64,000 nucleotides of DNA from Piromyces finnis finn (lineage: Eukaryota > Fungi > Neocallimastigomycota), in contig MCFH01000010.1 of the NCBI GenBank assembly GCA_002104945.1, positions 620,001-684,000 on the forward strand. Direction: 5' to 3'. The notes beneath the pieces are model-generated. The model was not told where the DNA came from. It did not search any database and saw only the letters and a program-made list of their open reading frames with translations. How positions within the stretch are numbered: the stretch's first letter is position 1; every line of letters starts with the position of its first letter. The position numbers and the translations under genes were made by a program. Positions 44,756 through 59,001 of this stretch are shown here, one piece after another.

Positions 44756-47639
44756 TTAATTTTTCTTTAGTCTATTTTGAAGTTGTTTTGGATTTGGTTT
44801 TAAATTTTTAAGTCTATTTACTTTTAAATCTTGACCAATTGAATTTTTTATGAAATCTAAAAACCGTTTTGAGTAAAACGATGGATTAACAGAAGAAATA
44901 TTTTTCTTTTTGATATTAATAAAACAATTAGATTAATATATTATTATAAATCAAATATACATTGGATATATATAATTTTTAATTATTACGTTACCTTATT
45001 ATTTATTATGGATTTACAAAGATACTCCAATTTTTTCTTCATATTATAGCTTGTAAAAATATCGATAATACCTAGAAAATAAATTTCTTGTAATTCTTTA
45101 TTGTTTTCATCAGTTGCTCTAAAACCTCCATCATCATGATTAAATATAAAATGCTTTTTACTATTTTTATTCATTAATTGTAATAATGATGATAAGTAAG
45201 AAAATTATAATAATAATAATAAAATTATTAATTATTACAATATTTATAATGATAAATAATTGACTATAATATATTATATAAAATATTATAAAAATTACTG
45301 TTTAGGATTAAAATCAGGCAATGTTGAGTTAGATGTTTCGAGAGATACTGGTTCTGTCTCAGCAATTGCTCTAGCAAGAGCTATAGCCATGGGATCTTTT
45401 TTACTTTTTCTTTTTGAATCTCTCTTATTATTCAGTGACTCAGGATTAGGTTCAATAATTGAGAGTGTACTATCTCTAATATTATCTTTGTTTCCTTTAT
45501 TTAAGTTATGACAACCTACTAATAAAGAATAATCCATAACATTATTTTCAGCTAAAAATTTAACATCTTTTTCTAATTGTCTTATTAATATATCTGATTT
45601 TTCCTTCCCTAGATATATTTTTCTTTCTTTTTTAACCCAATTAAGATCCTTTAATATAATTAATTTATTAATATTCTGCATTTTTTCGCTTGTGTATCTT
45701 CCTACTAATGAACCCTTTTATATTTAAAAATAATTTTATGTTAATTTCAAATTAATCAAAAGTTATGTAACTAAATATATTTTTACTAGCATTATATAGT
45801 AATCATTACTTTTAAATCATATTTTTCATGAATATCTTTATCTGGTGGGAATATATTTTCCATTATAATAAAATGTATTTTTTTGCCATGTTGAATCTTA
45901 ACTCTATGTAACCCAAATATTTTACAAATTAAAGTATTTGGATTCTTTTTTAAATAAAAATAATAATTTTTCAAAATTTTTAAAAGATATTTATGTTCTG
46001 TATGATGAACTGTTTTAATAATATAACGATAGTCTTGTGAATAATAAAAGAAACTTCCACTTTTTCCTGGTGAATCAATCTCAGTTAACATATATTTACC
46101 TGTCAATGAAATCTATCAATATAATTAATATAAATGTTTAGAATTTAATATTTTAAACGGTTTTTATAATTATTTACTAATTTTTGTAATGTATAATAAT
46201 ATATTTTATTTATTTTTTAAAATAAACTTTTACATACTAAGTATTCTTCTGAACTAATTTTACATATTTCACGAATTGACTTAAAAACTCTTGGTGCATA
46301 ATCCTTAAATTTATAATAATATTTTGATGATGGTAATAATTCATTATTATATCTATTATATTTGAAATTATTTTTTAAAATATGGAAAATCAATATTTAT
46401 ATTTATTGAAAAATTAATATTTTTACTTATTAGTAACTTTAATTATATAAATAGATATATATATATTTAAAATTTCTTACACGTCCAATGCAATTTTATG
46501 TTTAGCTTTAAAGTCTTTTAAGTATATCTCTCTATGAGTACTTGCATTACATCTTTGCACCTTTAAATATAAATAAAGATTATAATAAACATGATTTTTT
46601 AATAAAATTAATATTATTATTTAAAAAAACATTAAGATTTATTTAATTTAATTTAGATAATACATACTGAATAACGAATACCATTTAACATATCTAACAT
46701 TAAAATGTAGTGAACATGATCTTTTTTAATTGGGGTGCCTATTATGTTTTCAATGGCTTTAGATTGCTTTTTTAAAGAATGTCCTTTAGTAATTGATAGA
46801 CTTGAAATAGATAATTTCTGTCCCTCATCTTTTTTAAAATTTGTTTTATTATTATTTTCATTATTCATTAAATGATTGGGAATTTGTTGATTATAGGAGG
46901 TAAAATCTTTCGATGAGTTTCTTGATTTGTATATTTTATTAAAAGAAATTGAATTTATATTTATATCATTTTCTTTTTTAGCATGTTTTTTTTTCTTCAA
47001 TTTCGTTGATTCTTTGCTGGTTAGAGCATTTATATTTTTAGGAGCCAAGGTTAAAATTGATGTTGAACTTTTTAATGAGGTAATAGATTTCTTCTTTCCT
47101 TCTGTTGGTTGTGAAGTACTAGTTTTTCCGGTTTGAAATGTATTCACTGAATTAAACGATGTATCAGATGAATGACTAAAAGCAGTTTTAAATGAACTTA
47201 TTGAATTACGATTTAAATGTAAACCTTTGAAAACATCATTTTGTGTGATAGTATTTTCTCTATCCATATCACTATTTAGGCTAATTCTATCTTCTATTTC
47301 AATTATTTCATTACTTTCTTTTGCATTATAATATATACTTTTTCTTTTTTTATTTGAATTTGACTTTATAGTACCACAAGAATCTATAGTATTTGAATTT
47401 CTTACTAAGGTAGAATCACTATCATTTAGTACATTAAGACTATTTATATTGTTTAATTTTATTTTAACATTTTCATTATTTATATTTGATTCTTTATTAT
47501 TTAATGATTTAAAATTATCTTCATTTTCATTTTTATCAAAATATCTACTTGAAGTTGATGAATTTAAATTTTTTTCTCTATTAAATATAATATCAACATC
47601 CAAATTTGAATTACTTTTATTATGAACCTTTGAAGTCAT
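44756..47639 (-). CDS. MSS4: Phosphatidylinositol-4-phosphate 5-kinase (Mss4/Its3 type)
   Basis: [91 protein letters not shown]. Confidence 0.93.
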
Positions 47640-49719
47640 TTCTAATTTTAAATATTAATTTTTAGGATATGCTTATATATATTTAATTATTTAATTATTT
47701 TATTTAACTTTTTCTTTTAAATATATTATTTCATTGACCATATCTTTTTCTTTTCTTTTTTTTTAAAAAAAAAAAAAAGTTTAATATAAAAATAAATTGT
47801 ATTGCTTTTTTATTTAAATTATAATTCTGAAAATTATTGTTTTAATTGAAATTACTATATGATGATAAAGATTTTTATAGAATTATATTTTTATTTTTTA
47901 TGAATCAATTGCTTTGTTTTTATCCTTTTATTTTATGTAATTATTATTCTATTTTTTTCTCTTCGAAAATCCTTTTTGTAAAATAGAATTTCATATAAAA
48001 ATATTTTTGATTTAATATCTATTTAGTATTTTATTATAAAATAATAAATTTTAAATAACTTTTTTTAATTATATTAATTATTTCATTTATAATTTTATAT
48101 AATATCAAATTTTTTAAACAACAGCAACACAACAATAAATAATAACCAAATATATATATATATATATATATAATTGAATATATAATCTTACAAATAATAA
48201 AAATAATCAATTTTGATTTAAACCCCTATATTTAATATTTCTTTTTTTGAACAATACTTAGCAAAAAAATAAAAAAAAAAAAAAGAAAAAGAAAAAAAAT
48301 TGAAAAGAACTAATTTATGGTTTATTAAAAAAAAATATTATTTAGATTTATTCTTTATTTACTCAAAATTATTGATTATTTTTTTTTGGTTAACAATATT
48401 ATAAATAATAGAGATTATATTTTAGTTACCTTTTAATTATTTAAATATTTTATGAAATATAAAAATATAACCATAACAAATTATTATATAATAAATAATT
48501 CTTCAAAAATATATACATATATAAATATTTATATTTATATAAATTAGCATATCAAAAATATGTGTAACATATAAAACTTTATTTCTAATAAATTTTAAAA
48601 ATGTTGCACATAATAATAATAATAATGATTATTAATATAGTAAACTTATATAATACTTATAATTCTTTTAAGTAAAAGCAAAAACATCTTAAAAATTATT
48701 GTGAAATTTTAAAAATCCTAAAAGTAAAAAAAAAAATATAATGTAGAATTAATATATTATCAATTGATTTTATTTATTATTTAATATATAATTTCAATTA
48801 GTAATGAAAATTACTATTCATTCATATTTAAATACATTTAATATTATTTAATGTATATATAAAAAGGTATATTATTATTGAGATATTTAAAAGTAGATAA
48901 TAATAATAATTATCAACCTATTTTTAATTATTAAAACCTATCACTATTTGTTATTTTTTAAAATTAAAGAAATTAAACCGTATATATAATTTTTTTTTTA
49001 TTAACTTATTTTATATACCAATGACAATTATTATAACCATTCTGGTGTAATAATTTATTTTAAATAAAACTATTAAAAATAGATTCATACATTTTGCTTT
49101 TTTCTATATTTATTTTTCAATTATGTAGAATAGATTATTTATAATTATAAATTATTGGTAAAAATTATTATTATTTTTTTGTATAATTCCACTTTTTTTA
49201 TGGTGTATTATTATTTATTGAATAAAAAAAAGCAAGAAAGAAATTAACACATTTATTGAGCTATAAAAAATACTATTATCATAAAAGTTTATCTTCCTGT
49301 TATGAAGAACACATTTTCAGTAATACAAAATCATACTTAAATAATAAATTTTGTATTTTTAGTTTTTTAAATTTCATTATTTGTTTTTAGTAAATATAAA
49401 AAGTATATTTATTTTACATCTTTCATATATATAAACTTTTATGTTGAGAGAATAAACATTTTATAGAGAAAAATATCGAATCAGTATTAAAGTATATAAT
49501 TAATTTTCAAAATTTCATATTTTAATTAAATATAGAAATTCTTTTGTATTTATTTATTTAAAGATTATATTATATATTTTTGAAATTATTATATTACTTA
49601 GTTTATATAAAAATGATATAACAGGATTATTAAAAATATATATTAAATAAATTTCATAGTCAAATCTCGAACTTGTGTATATATTTTCATTTTGAAAGCT
49701 TGTTAAAAATTTTGTTAAA

Positions 49720-52700
49720 ATGGAAAAAATAAATAATTTTGTTTCTAATTTTGACTTGAATAACAATAATACTGACAAGGAATATATTAATAACAATAAT
49801 GGCAACAACAATAATATTTATAATGATAATCAAAAGAAAAGTAACAATCCATTTTTAAAAATAGAAAATAATTCGAAAAAATCTGCTCTTCAATCGAAAT
49901 CTCTGAAAAATGAAATTAAAAATTTAAATTTTATTGATGTGACTAAAAATAATGTTAATGAAAATAATAATAGATATGCAATATCTTATCCAAGCCCGTC
50001 ATTAAGCAACTCAAATTTAAATAATAATATTATTAATTTTAACGATACCCATCCAAATAGCATTCATAATCCTTATATTTTCAATAATAAATTAAACAAA
50101 AGAAATACAATAGATTCATTTTTAAATTTTAGGCATAATTCATATCCTTCCTCTAATATCAATTTTAATATCAGTGATGATGATGATAATGAAAATGGAA
50201 ATTTTAATAATGATAAAATTAAGAATAATTTAATAAATGAAATAAAATTTAATAATAGTTCGAATGCTAGCCTATTTAATAATGATAACAAAAGTATTAA
50301 TAACTTATTAAATGTAAAGTATAATAATGAGGAAATACAAGAATTTTCTAATGAAAAACTAAATTCATTACTATATACAACAACATCTAATATTTCCATT
50401 AATGAAAAAGGAAATAATGACAATCAACTAGAAGAGACCATTAGTTCTTCATTAATAAATAAATCATCGAGAAATATAAGTGATATCAATTCGGTTATTC
50501 ATTCAAACCAATCCTTAAAGCATAATAATAGTGATAATAATTCAAATATTACAATTACAAGCATAGAAAATAAAAATAAAGTAATGGCTAAAAATAGATC
50601 AAATGAAATAGATACATTAAAAATAGAAGAAAAGGAATATCAGCATATACCATTAAAACAGTTTTATAAAAATACGTTATCAACTAAACCAGTAGATTTA
50701 AATATAAATAAGAATAATGAAATTAAAAGTGGTTTAAATAGTCCAAGAAGTATTAACAGCAATAGAAATATCAATTCAAACAGTTATAAAAGTAATATAA
50801 ATAATGATAATATATTATCTACATCAAATTTAAATTCAGTTAGTAATAAACTATTAAATCAAGATATCATATCTACTACTGAGAAAAAAGAAATTAGTAT
50901 TTTTTGTTCTCATAATAAATATTCATTCTCAAGTTGTAGTACAAACCCATTTGAATACAATAGTAAATATATCAACACAAATGATAATGATCAAGAAAAT
51001 AATAATAGTAATAGTAATAGTAATAATAATAGTAGTAGTAGTAGTAGTAATAATAGTAGTAGTAGTAGTAGTAATAGTAATAATAATAGTAATAGTAATA
51101 GTAATAGCAATAGCAATAGTAATAGTAATAGCAATAGCAATAGTAATAGTAATAGCAATAGCAATAGTAATAGTAATAGTAATAGTAATAGTAATAGTAA
51201 TAGTAATAGTAATAGTAATAATAGTAGTAGTAGTAATAATAATAATAATAACAATAATAATAACAATAATAATAATAATAATAATAACAACAACAATAAT
51301 AATAATAATAATAACAATAATAATAATACCAATAATAATAATAAAGATAAAAATAAAAATAAAGGAAAAAAGAAAATAAAAAGCTTTGAAAATGGATATG
51401 AAAAAATGGATGATGATGATAATGAATTTATTGGAGTTGAAATAAAAGAAAACGAGGAAAATGTAAAATCAAAAATATCACCAATAAATAATAGTGCTAT
51501 ATATCCTTCAGAGCGTAAAGGTTCTATTGGATCAGATTTAATTAGATATACAAATCCATTTATAAATCATAATAATAGTCCATATTTAGGAAATAGTTCG
51601 TTTACAAGTGATAAATTTAATGCAATTAAAACAGATCAATATTCTTTTAATTCATCTAGTGGATGTTTGAACTATAAAAGAAGTAATTATAGTAATAGTA
51701 ATTTTATGGAAAAAAAAAATTCACTCAACCCTATAAATACCAATTTAAATAATTTATCTTCATTAACATCAAAAAATTATGAAATGATAAATCAATTAAC
51801 AACTTTATCAACCGAATCAATGTCATCCCATAGTGATATGGTGTATTCAGATTCACCATATTTTGATAGTGACTATTCTAACCTTCAAACTGTAAATTTA
51901 TTATCAAGTTCTAAAGACAATTTAAGAAATATACATGAAGATAATGAAATTGAAAGAAAAAAAATGATTAATTCTAAATATGATAATATAAAGATAAATA
52001 CTCTACTTTCCTCTCCTTCAAATACAACTGAAAATGAAACAACAACTAATAGTACTATTGATACTGATATTGGCAATGTGGTGCAAGAGAATGTTGAGTG
52101 TGATAGCCAGGTGGATTTAAATACTTCAAAAGTTGTTTTGAATGACATTGATCAAAAAAAATTAAAAACAAAATCTAGACATTATTCATTTACTACTTAT
52201 AAATCAAATATTGATGTAAATAATTCACCTTTCAGTAATACAAATAATCAATCTATATTACATAAAACATATAAAGGTGTTCGAAAGGTTATCCGTTTTT
52301 GCTTTTGTTGTCAATGTTGCACGTCTGATACTTCTAGTTACTATGGCAGTACAATGATTAAGGTAAATGAATGTGGTTTGAAAAAGAAAGATAAGGATAA
52401 CTATCATGATAAAAAAGAATTAATAGAATGTGAGGCTTTAGAAGATAGTGGTCTTTATGATAGCAAAGAATATATCAATTCTTATGAACGATTAAATGAA
52501 CCAATAGATTATATTTCAATGACATCTTCAAAAAAATATTCAAAAAAGCCAAAAAAGGATTCTGGAAATGGATTTATATTTACAAAAAAGAAGAATCATC
52601 GGTTTAAATTTTTTAAAAAATACAATAATAAAAAAGAATCTTCCCCACAACAATTCATTACTCAATCTAAATTTAACCCTTCTTCAATATATGATGACAA

Positions 52701-55061
52701 TAGTAATGCTACAATATTGTCAATGAACTCCTTTATTGCTATAAATAATGGAAGTGATGATAATAAAAAAGTGAGTAGCATGTTTACAACAAATCCATTT
52801 AAAGGTAATGTAATTAGAGATGAAGAAAAATTAACAAAACAGCAATTAAAAGAAAAGAAAAAGGAAGAGAAAAGAAATCGTTTAATTGAAAAAGAAATAA
52901 GAGAAGCCGAACGTAAATATATGAAAGAGGAAAAACGTAAAGAAAAGAAAAAAAAGGGGAAGTTCATTAAAGCATTCCATAATAAAGGAAAAGAAAATGA
53001 AGAAAAATTAAGGCTTCGTATGGAAAAAAGAAGAGTATCTGTAATTTCTGATTCTATCTCTAAAGAGGAAAACAATAATATTATGAAAAGCACTGAAATA
53101 TTGATATTTAATAATGTAATGAATGTATTTAATAAAACTATTCATGAAATGATACCAAAAGAATTGAATGATAAATATTTCTTTACTGGTCTTTTAGGTT
53201 GGGGTGGAAATGGTTATGTTGCAGCTGCTATTTTAAGAGAAACAGGTATGCCAGTAAGTATTAAATTCATAACTAGAAGATGTGTAGATAAAACAAGTCT
53301 GGTATATAATACTCGTTTTAAGAATGGTTATCCCTATGAAGCTAACATTATGGAAAATATTAATCATCCAAATATTGAAAAAATATATGATATATTTGAT
53401 GACGATGAATATTTCTATTTGGTTTTAGAAAGAATAGGTAATAATATTGAAGAAAACCAACAACTTAAGGAAAACTTCATTATACCATTTCTTTCAAGGA
53501 AAGTTAATGATTTTCAAGAAGGAACAGAAGTTTTTAATACTAATGTAGAAACCACTCTTAAAAATCCTAATACAGAAAGTAATCATACTAAAACAAATAA
53601 TGATACCAGTACCAAATATTATTTAAATGAATCTAAATTAGATTCATCGACAATATCACTCACAGACTCAAAAGGTAATATATTACTAATATATTATTTA
53701 ATTTTATTTTATTTAATTTAATTTTTATATCATTTATTAATTAATAAAATTTTCCAAAAAAAATAACAGATAAAATCAAAAATCAAAATAAAGCATCTTA
53801 TAATAACCCAGTTATAAATAATATTGAAATTATAAATACAATAATTCCAGAAGATGAAAGTTATGATTATCATAATGTATATTCAAATACAAAGAAAAAT
53901 GATTTATTAAGTGATTTAAAGCTTAAGAAATCTCAAAAGGAACATAAAGTGAATAAAACAAGAAGTACAGATTTATTATTGGATGATGATTATACAACAG
54001 ATTCATTCTCATTTAATCAAGGTGAAAGAAATGATTCTGAATCCTCATCTCCAATGGAAGAATCATCACAAAGTTCAACTGTAACCTCTGTGATTAACTG
54101 TAACGAAAATGATCCTAGTTTTAATTTTAAATTTTATTACATTAATTTATTTAAGAACATAGCATTAAGAGATTATAAAAATATTCAACCGCCTTTTGAA
54201 AAATTAACAAAACCAATTAATAATCATACTAGTGATCTTTCCAACTTTATTATTAAAAATAAGGGACATATTTCTTATGAAATAAAACAGTCTATTTTAC
54301 ATCAATTAGCAGAAGCACATAAAGTTTTACATGATAAAAAAATTAATTATTTAGATTACAAACCGGAAAATATTTTGATTGAATATAAGAGTAAAGAGGA
54401 GTATCAATTAAAACTAATTGATTTTGGAATGGCGCATAAATGGCTCTCCGAATCCTATCCTTCTTTAGATCGTTTAATGAAAAAATTAAATCAACCAAGC
54501 GTCAATGGAGAAGAGGATGACAATATTTCTATTGAGGAAGATATGGAAAAAGATGTATTTGTTCAATATGGTACAAAGGAAGCCTCAGCTCCTGAAATTC
54601 TAATGGAAAATTGTTATAATGGGCCTGAAGCAGATATATGGGTAAGTATAATACCAATATATTAATAAAAAATTTTAAAATTACTTTTATGTAGAAAATG
54701 TAGATTGATTTTTATATATTTCTATTAAATACATATTAATTTAGGCCTTAGGGTTAATTTTCTACTATGTATGTACAGAAGGGAAAAAGCCATTTAGTAC
54801 TTTAAAAGATATTGTTACAAGTGATGTTTATTTCCCCGATTTTATTAATAATAATAATAGTAAGTTATTAAAAATAAATATAATAACTATAAGGTGTTTT
54901 ATAAATAATTAAAAAAATTTTTTTTCTGTTCTTTCTTAAAAAAATATTTAGGATATTTAAATTTAAAGAATCTTATTTTAAAAATGCTAAATAAAAATTA
55001 TAAAGAGCGTATCACAATCTATGAAGTTTGTGAACATCCTTTCTTTACCAACACATATTAA
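49720..55061 (+). CDS. Large Ser/Thr kinase, PAS-kinase-like (CAMK group) catalytic domain with long low-complexity N-terminus; 4 exons
   Basis: LGWGGNGYV, VSIKFI, YPYEANIMENINHPNI, FDDDEYFYLVLE, LHDKKINYLDYKPENI, KLIDFG, YGTKEASAPEIL..YNGPEADIWALG, EHPFF; introns 53675-53769, 54642-54745 and 54859-54951 keep the frame. Confidence 0.85.
51001..51345 (+). repeat. Coding compound microsatellite (AGT)n/(AGTAAT)n/(AGCAAT)n/(AAT)n encoding poly-S, SN and poly-N
   Basis: Directly visible; in frame within exon 1 of the kinase; gives rise to spurious poly-Leu and poly-Ile/Val ORFs. Confidence 0.95.
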
Positions 55062-55892
55062 TAGATTTTTTTTTTCCTTTTTTTTTTAATATCTATTAAT
55101 TTGTATATATATTCAATATAGTAATTAATATATATTTGTAATTTATTTATTATTATTTTATTATTATTATTATTTAATAATAATAACAGTTCTGATAAAA
55201 AATAATTTTAATATAATAAATAAGATACCCTTTTTTTTTTTTTTTTTTTTTTTTTTAATAAAATATTAAACAAAAACCATTTTTAGGGGAAAAAAAAAAA
55301 AAATATATATATATATATATATAAATTACTAAATGGTAACAATTAAAAATAAAAAATAAATAAATAAAAATAATAAATTATAATATTATAATAAAAAAAA
55401 AAAAAATAAAGTTGCATAATAATTTGATGAATTCTGTAATTTACACTAATTTAAACTATGAGAGCTATTTCCACATAATAAATAAAATGTATTAAAATCT
55501 AGAACATCAAGTTTGATTCCCACGAGTTCTTTATGATTTCATTCATTGAACTACTAATATTGAACCCTTTGTACAGAACATTAGGAATGTTAATTCCATC
55601 AAAAAGGAATATACAAATATAATTAAAAAAAAATAAATTTTCTTTCTTCTTTTTAAAAAGTAAATAAGTGATAAAACATATTTATATGTTTATTATGGAA
55701 AAAAGGAAAAAGATACTCAAGAAAACTGAGTAAAGAACATTCTAAACTTCAAAGATGAAAAGATTGTTCATCATTACCGCAACTTGAACAGACATAAGTC
55801 AGTCAGGAGTTACGTAGCACTATTATTAACAATAGCAATTCTGGTAGTGTTAATAATAGACTTTTATGAGTATATATTTTTCTTATAAATAG

Positions 55893-55960
55893 TAATATAA
55901 TGAAAATTATATATCAGAACTTCCAGTAACATTTGGTAAACTCAAAAACCTCAACAGATT
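55893..55960 (+). pseudogene. Orphan single-LRR exon of a decayed LRR gene
   Basis: AG|..ENYISELPVTFGKLKNLNRL|GTAATT; 68 nt, one base short of a 69-nt (23-aa) symmetric phase-2 LRR exon; no intact neighbouring exons. Confidence 0.5.
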
Positions 55961-56592
55961 GTAATTATAAAAAAAATTAATAATCAGTAATAAACATATA
56001 TTATATATATATTATTGTCGTTTTTACTGCAGCCTCTATTTATATTTCAAAATATATATATTAACATTGGTTTAAATAGCCTGAATTTGTTCCAGAAATT
56101 TTATTTAAAATATCTGTAAATATCTGTAAATATTCGTTAAGTTAAAAAAAAAAAAAATTATATTTAATTTGCTAAATAAATTTAGATTTTTTATTAAATT
56201 TATTAAATTATATGAAAATAATGAGTTTAATAAAATTACACCTTTATCTAAATCTATTTAAAATATTGGAAATTTTAAATAATATATATATTTTTTTCTT
56301 TTACCTTTTACACTATTACTATTTTAAGCTTTTTGATAAATATATATGTGCTTATTATTTACAATATAAAGAGTATCTACGCACATATATTTTATGTAAT
56401 AATATAATACAATTTTAGTATAAAAAATTGAACGAAAATTTAATAATTTAATCTATATTACATTAAGTACATTAAGTATAATTAAATATAATAAAAAATT
56501 TTTAACATATAAAAGAAGAAAAAAGGTACTATATATAATCAAAATAAAATATAATTAAAGAAGTATTACACAATAAATATCAATAAATAATA

Positions 56593-59001
56593 CTATATAA
56601 GATTTTCAATGTTTAATACAGATGAATGTGATTTATTATTGGTATTTTGATTGTTAGATTGGGTATTATCGTCTGAAGTGTTCTTTAATTGATTTGATTC
56701 TTCTTTTGTGTTATTATTTTTAAATATCTCCATTGAAATTGACCATGCAGGTTTATTAAATTTTTCTTGACCATTTAAGTAAATTATTTTGCGTTTAAAA
56801 ACGTTTTGATTAAAATCACAAATATTACTTAGAGTACTTTCAATCTTACATGTCTTTGAATTAAAATGTTTAATAGAATTTTGATCTAATTCAATTTTTG
56901 ATTAATACGGATTTAATCACAAAATATATTTATTAAATAATTAGTATATTTAATATTTTATATATTTAAAAACATTGTTTTACAGTACTAATATTTATAT
57001 ATATATTTGTATTAAATATATTAAATATACTACTTACTATTATCTTTTTTATCATTAATACAATTTATTTGTTGATTAAGTTCATTATTATTATTTGATA
57101 CATCATAATTATTAAATGTATTATTATAATTACTTTTATTATTGATGGAATCATTAACATAATTTAAATTGTATTTATTATTATTTATAACATTATTCAC
57201 ATTATTATAACAATTAATTTTATTTTTATTGTTATTATTATTATTATTATTATCCATATTATTAAAATTGGCGTTATTACAATTTACATTATTTTGGAAT
57301 TCATTTTGACTAATGGTATAATTACTTATATTTTCTTCATTATTTGTAATGTTCATATTGTTAATATTTATACTCATATTATTATTGCTGTTATTATTAA
57401 TACTATAATTATTACAATTAGAAATATTATTAGATTGCTTATCATTGTATGTATCATTTAATGATAAACTATATACTGATTGATCAATAAAAAAATTATC
57501 TCTCTTATTTATATTACTATTACTATTATTAATATTATCATCGTAATCATTATTATTACTACTATAATTATCAATGCTAGATGATGAGCTATTTATATTT
57601 TCATTAATGCAATTCGTAGGCGAAAAAGATTCTTTTTCATGATAATTAATTGATTTATTATATGGTAAATTAGAATAAGACGATGCATTTGATAATGGCG
57701 GTGATAGTATTCTATATTTATTATAATTGTCCGATTTGTTATTTATGATGTTATTTTCTTGAGATTGCTCGTTTTTATTATTTATATTGTTTATATTCGT
57801 GTTTAATATTGATTGAGAAGAATCCTGAAACCAATTTGTATCATTTGAATATATAGCTGTTGATGAATTTATGTTTTGTTGTATACTTGACTCATACATA
57901 GAAGGAGAATGAGTAATAGATTCACTTCTATATATTAAGGACGACATAGAAGATTCTGGTTTTAAATACCTATTATCATTATCATAATTTATATTTGTAG
58001 TTGTAGTAATAGAAGAGGAAGAGGAAGAAGTAGAGGTATTATAAGAAGATGAATCAATAATACTATTGCTATTATCACAATTGTTGTAATTAGAAGAAGT
58101 GGAATAATTATTTTGATCTTGGACAATTATACTTTCTTCTTTTACTTTTTTTAAATTTATTGTAGACAATGAAGTTGATGGAAATAACACTTTTGAATCC
58201 TGTCCTGAATTCTTTTTCTTTTTATATACATTATTATTATCATTATCTTTAATATTAGGTATTTTTCCAGAAGCTATTAACTCTTGCCAAACCTTTTTAA
58301 TAAATGTACTCGTAATTAAGTTTGGATTTTCACCAGCTTTTAAAAGCACTGTTTTCCATAAATATCTCCTATGATCTGGATTTTTTGTTAGTTTTTTTAA
58401 TGAACGACATAATCTTTCATGTGAAGGCTTTGACCAATCTGGAAAATCTTTTAATTGCTATTTACATTTGTATTTTTAATATATATATAATATAAATTAA
58501 AATAAGTTAATATTTAAATAATATATATATTATTGGAAATATATTAATACCTCTAATACCAGAGCTAGATAGAATTAATGGACAAATTGTATTAAAAGTT
58601 TTATGAATAATAGATAATTAAAAAAAAAGTTATATGATATTATTTATAAAACAGTTAATATTTAACATACCACAATCAAGAAATCTATATACGCTTGCGC
58701 GAGAAATTTTCCAGACATCCCGAAAATATGATTCAACAGTTTGGCTTTTTGTTTTATAGAGTTTTTGTGAAACAATAGCATGTGCTGCCATAACAGTTTG
58801 TCTAAACCGTTCTTGTTTTGCTCTATAATCTTCGCTATTAAATATTAATATTTATTAATATGTTTTCCATAAACATTTATGATTATGTTCTTATTACATA
58901 ATTTATTTTTAATTTTTATAAAGAATTGAAATTATTTACCGATTATACCATTTCAAAACAGTTAAATCAATTTTCTTTTCTAAGGAATCCAAATCAGACA
59001 T
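56593..59001 (-). CDS. Uncharacterised 650-aa protein: conserved helical N-terminal domain (putatively DNA-binding) plus N/S-rich disordered tail; 5 exons
   Basis: Exons 59001-58940, 58834-58671, 58564-58551, 58457-57038 and 56885-56593 all have GT-AG borders and sum to 1953 nt without an internal stop. Confidence 0.85.

Noticed and set aside
50951-51379. Poly-Leu (minus) and poly-Ile/Val (plus) ORFs
   Set aside because: Alternative frames of the AAT/AGT repeat inside the kinase exon.
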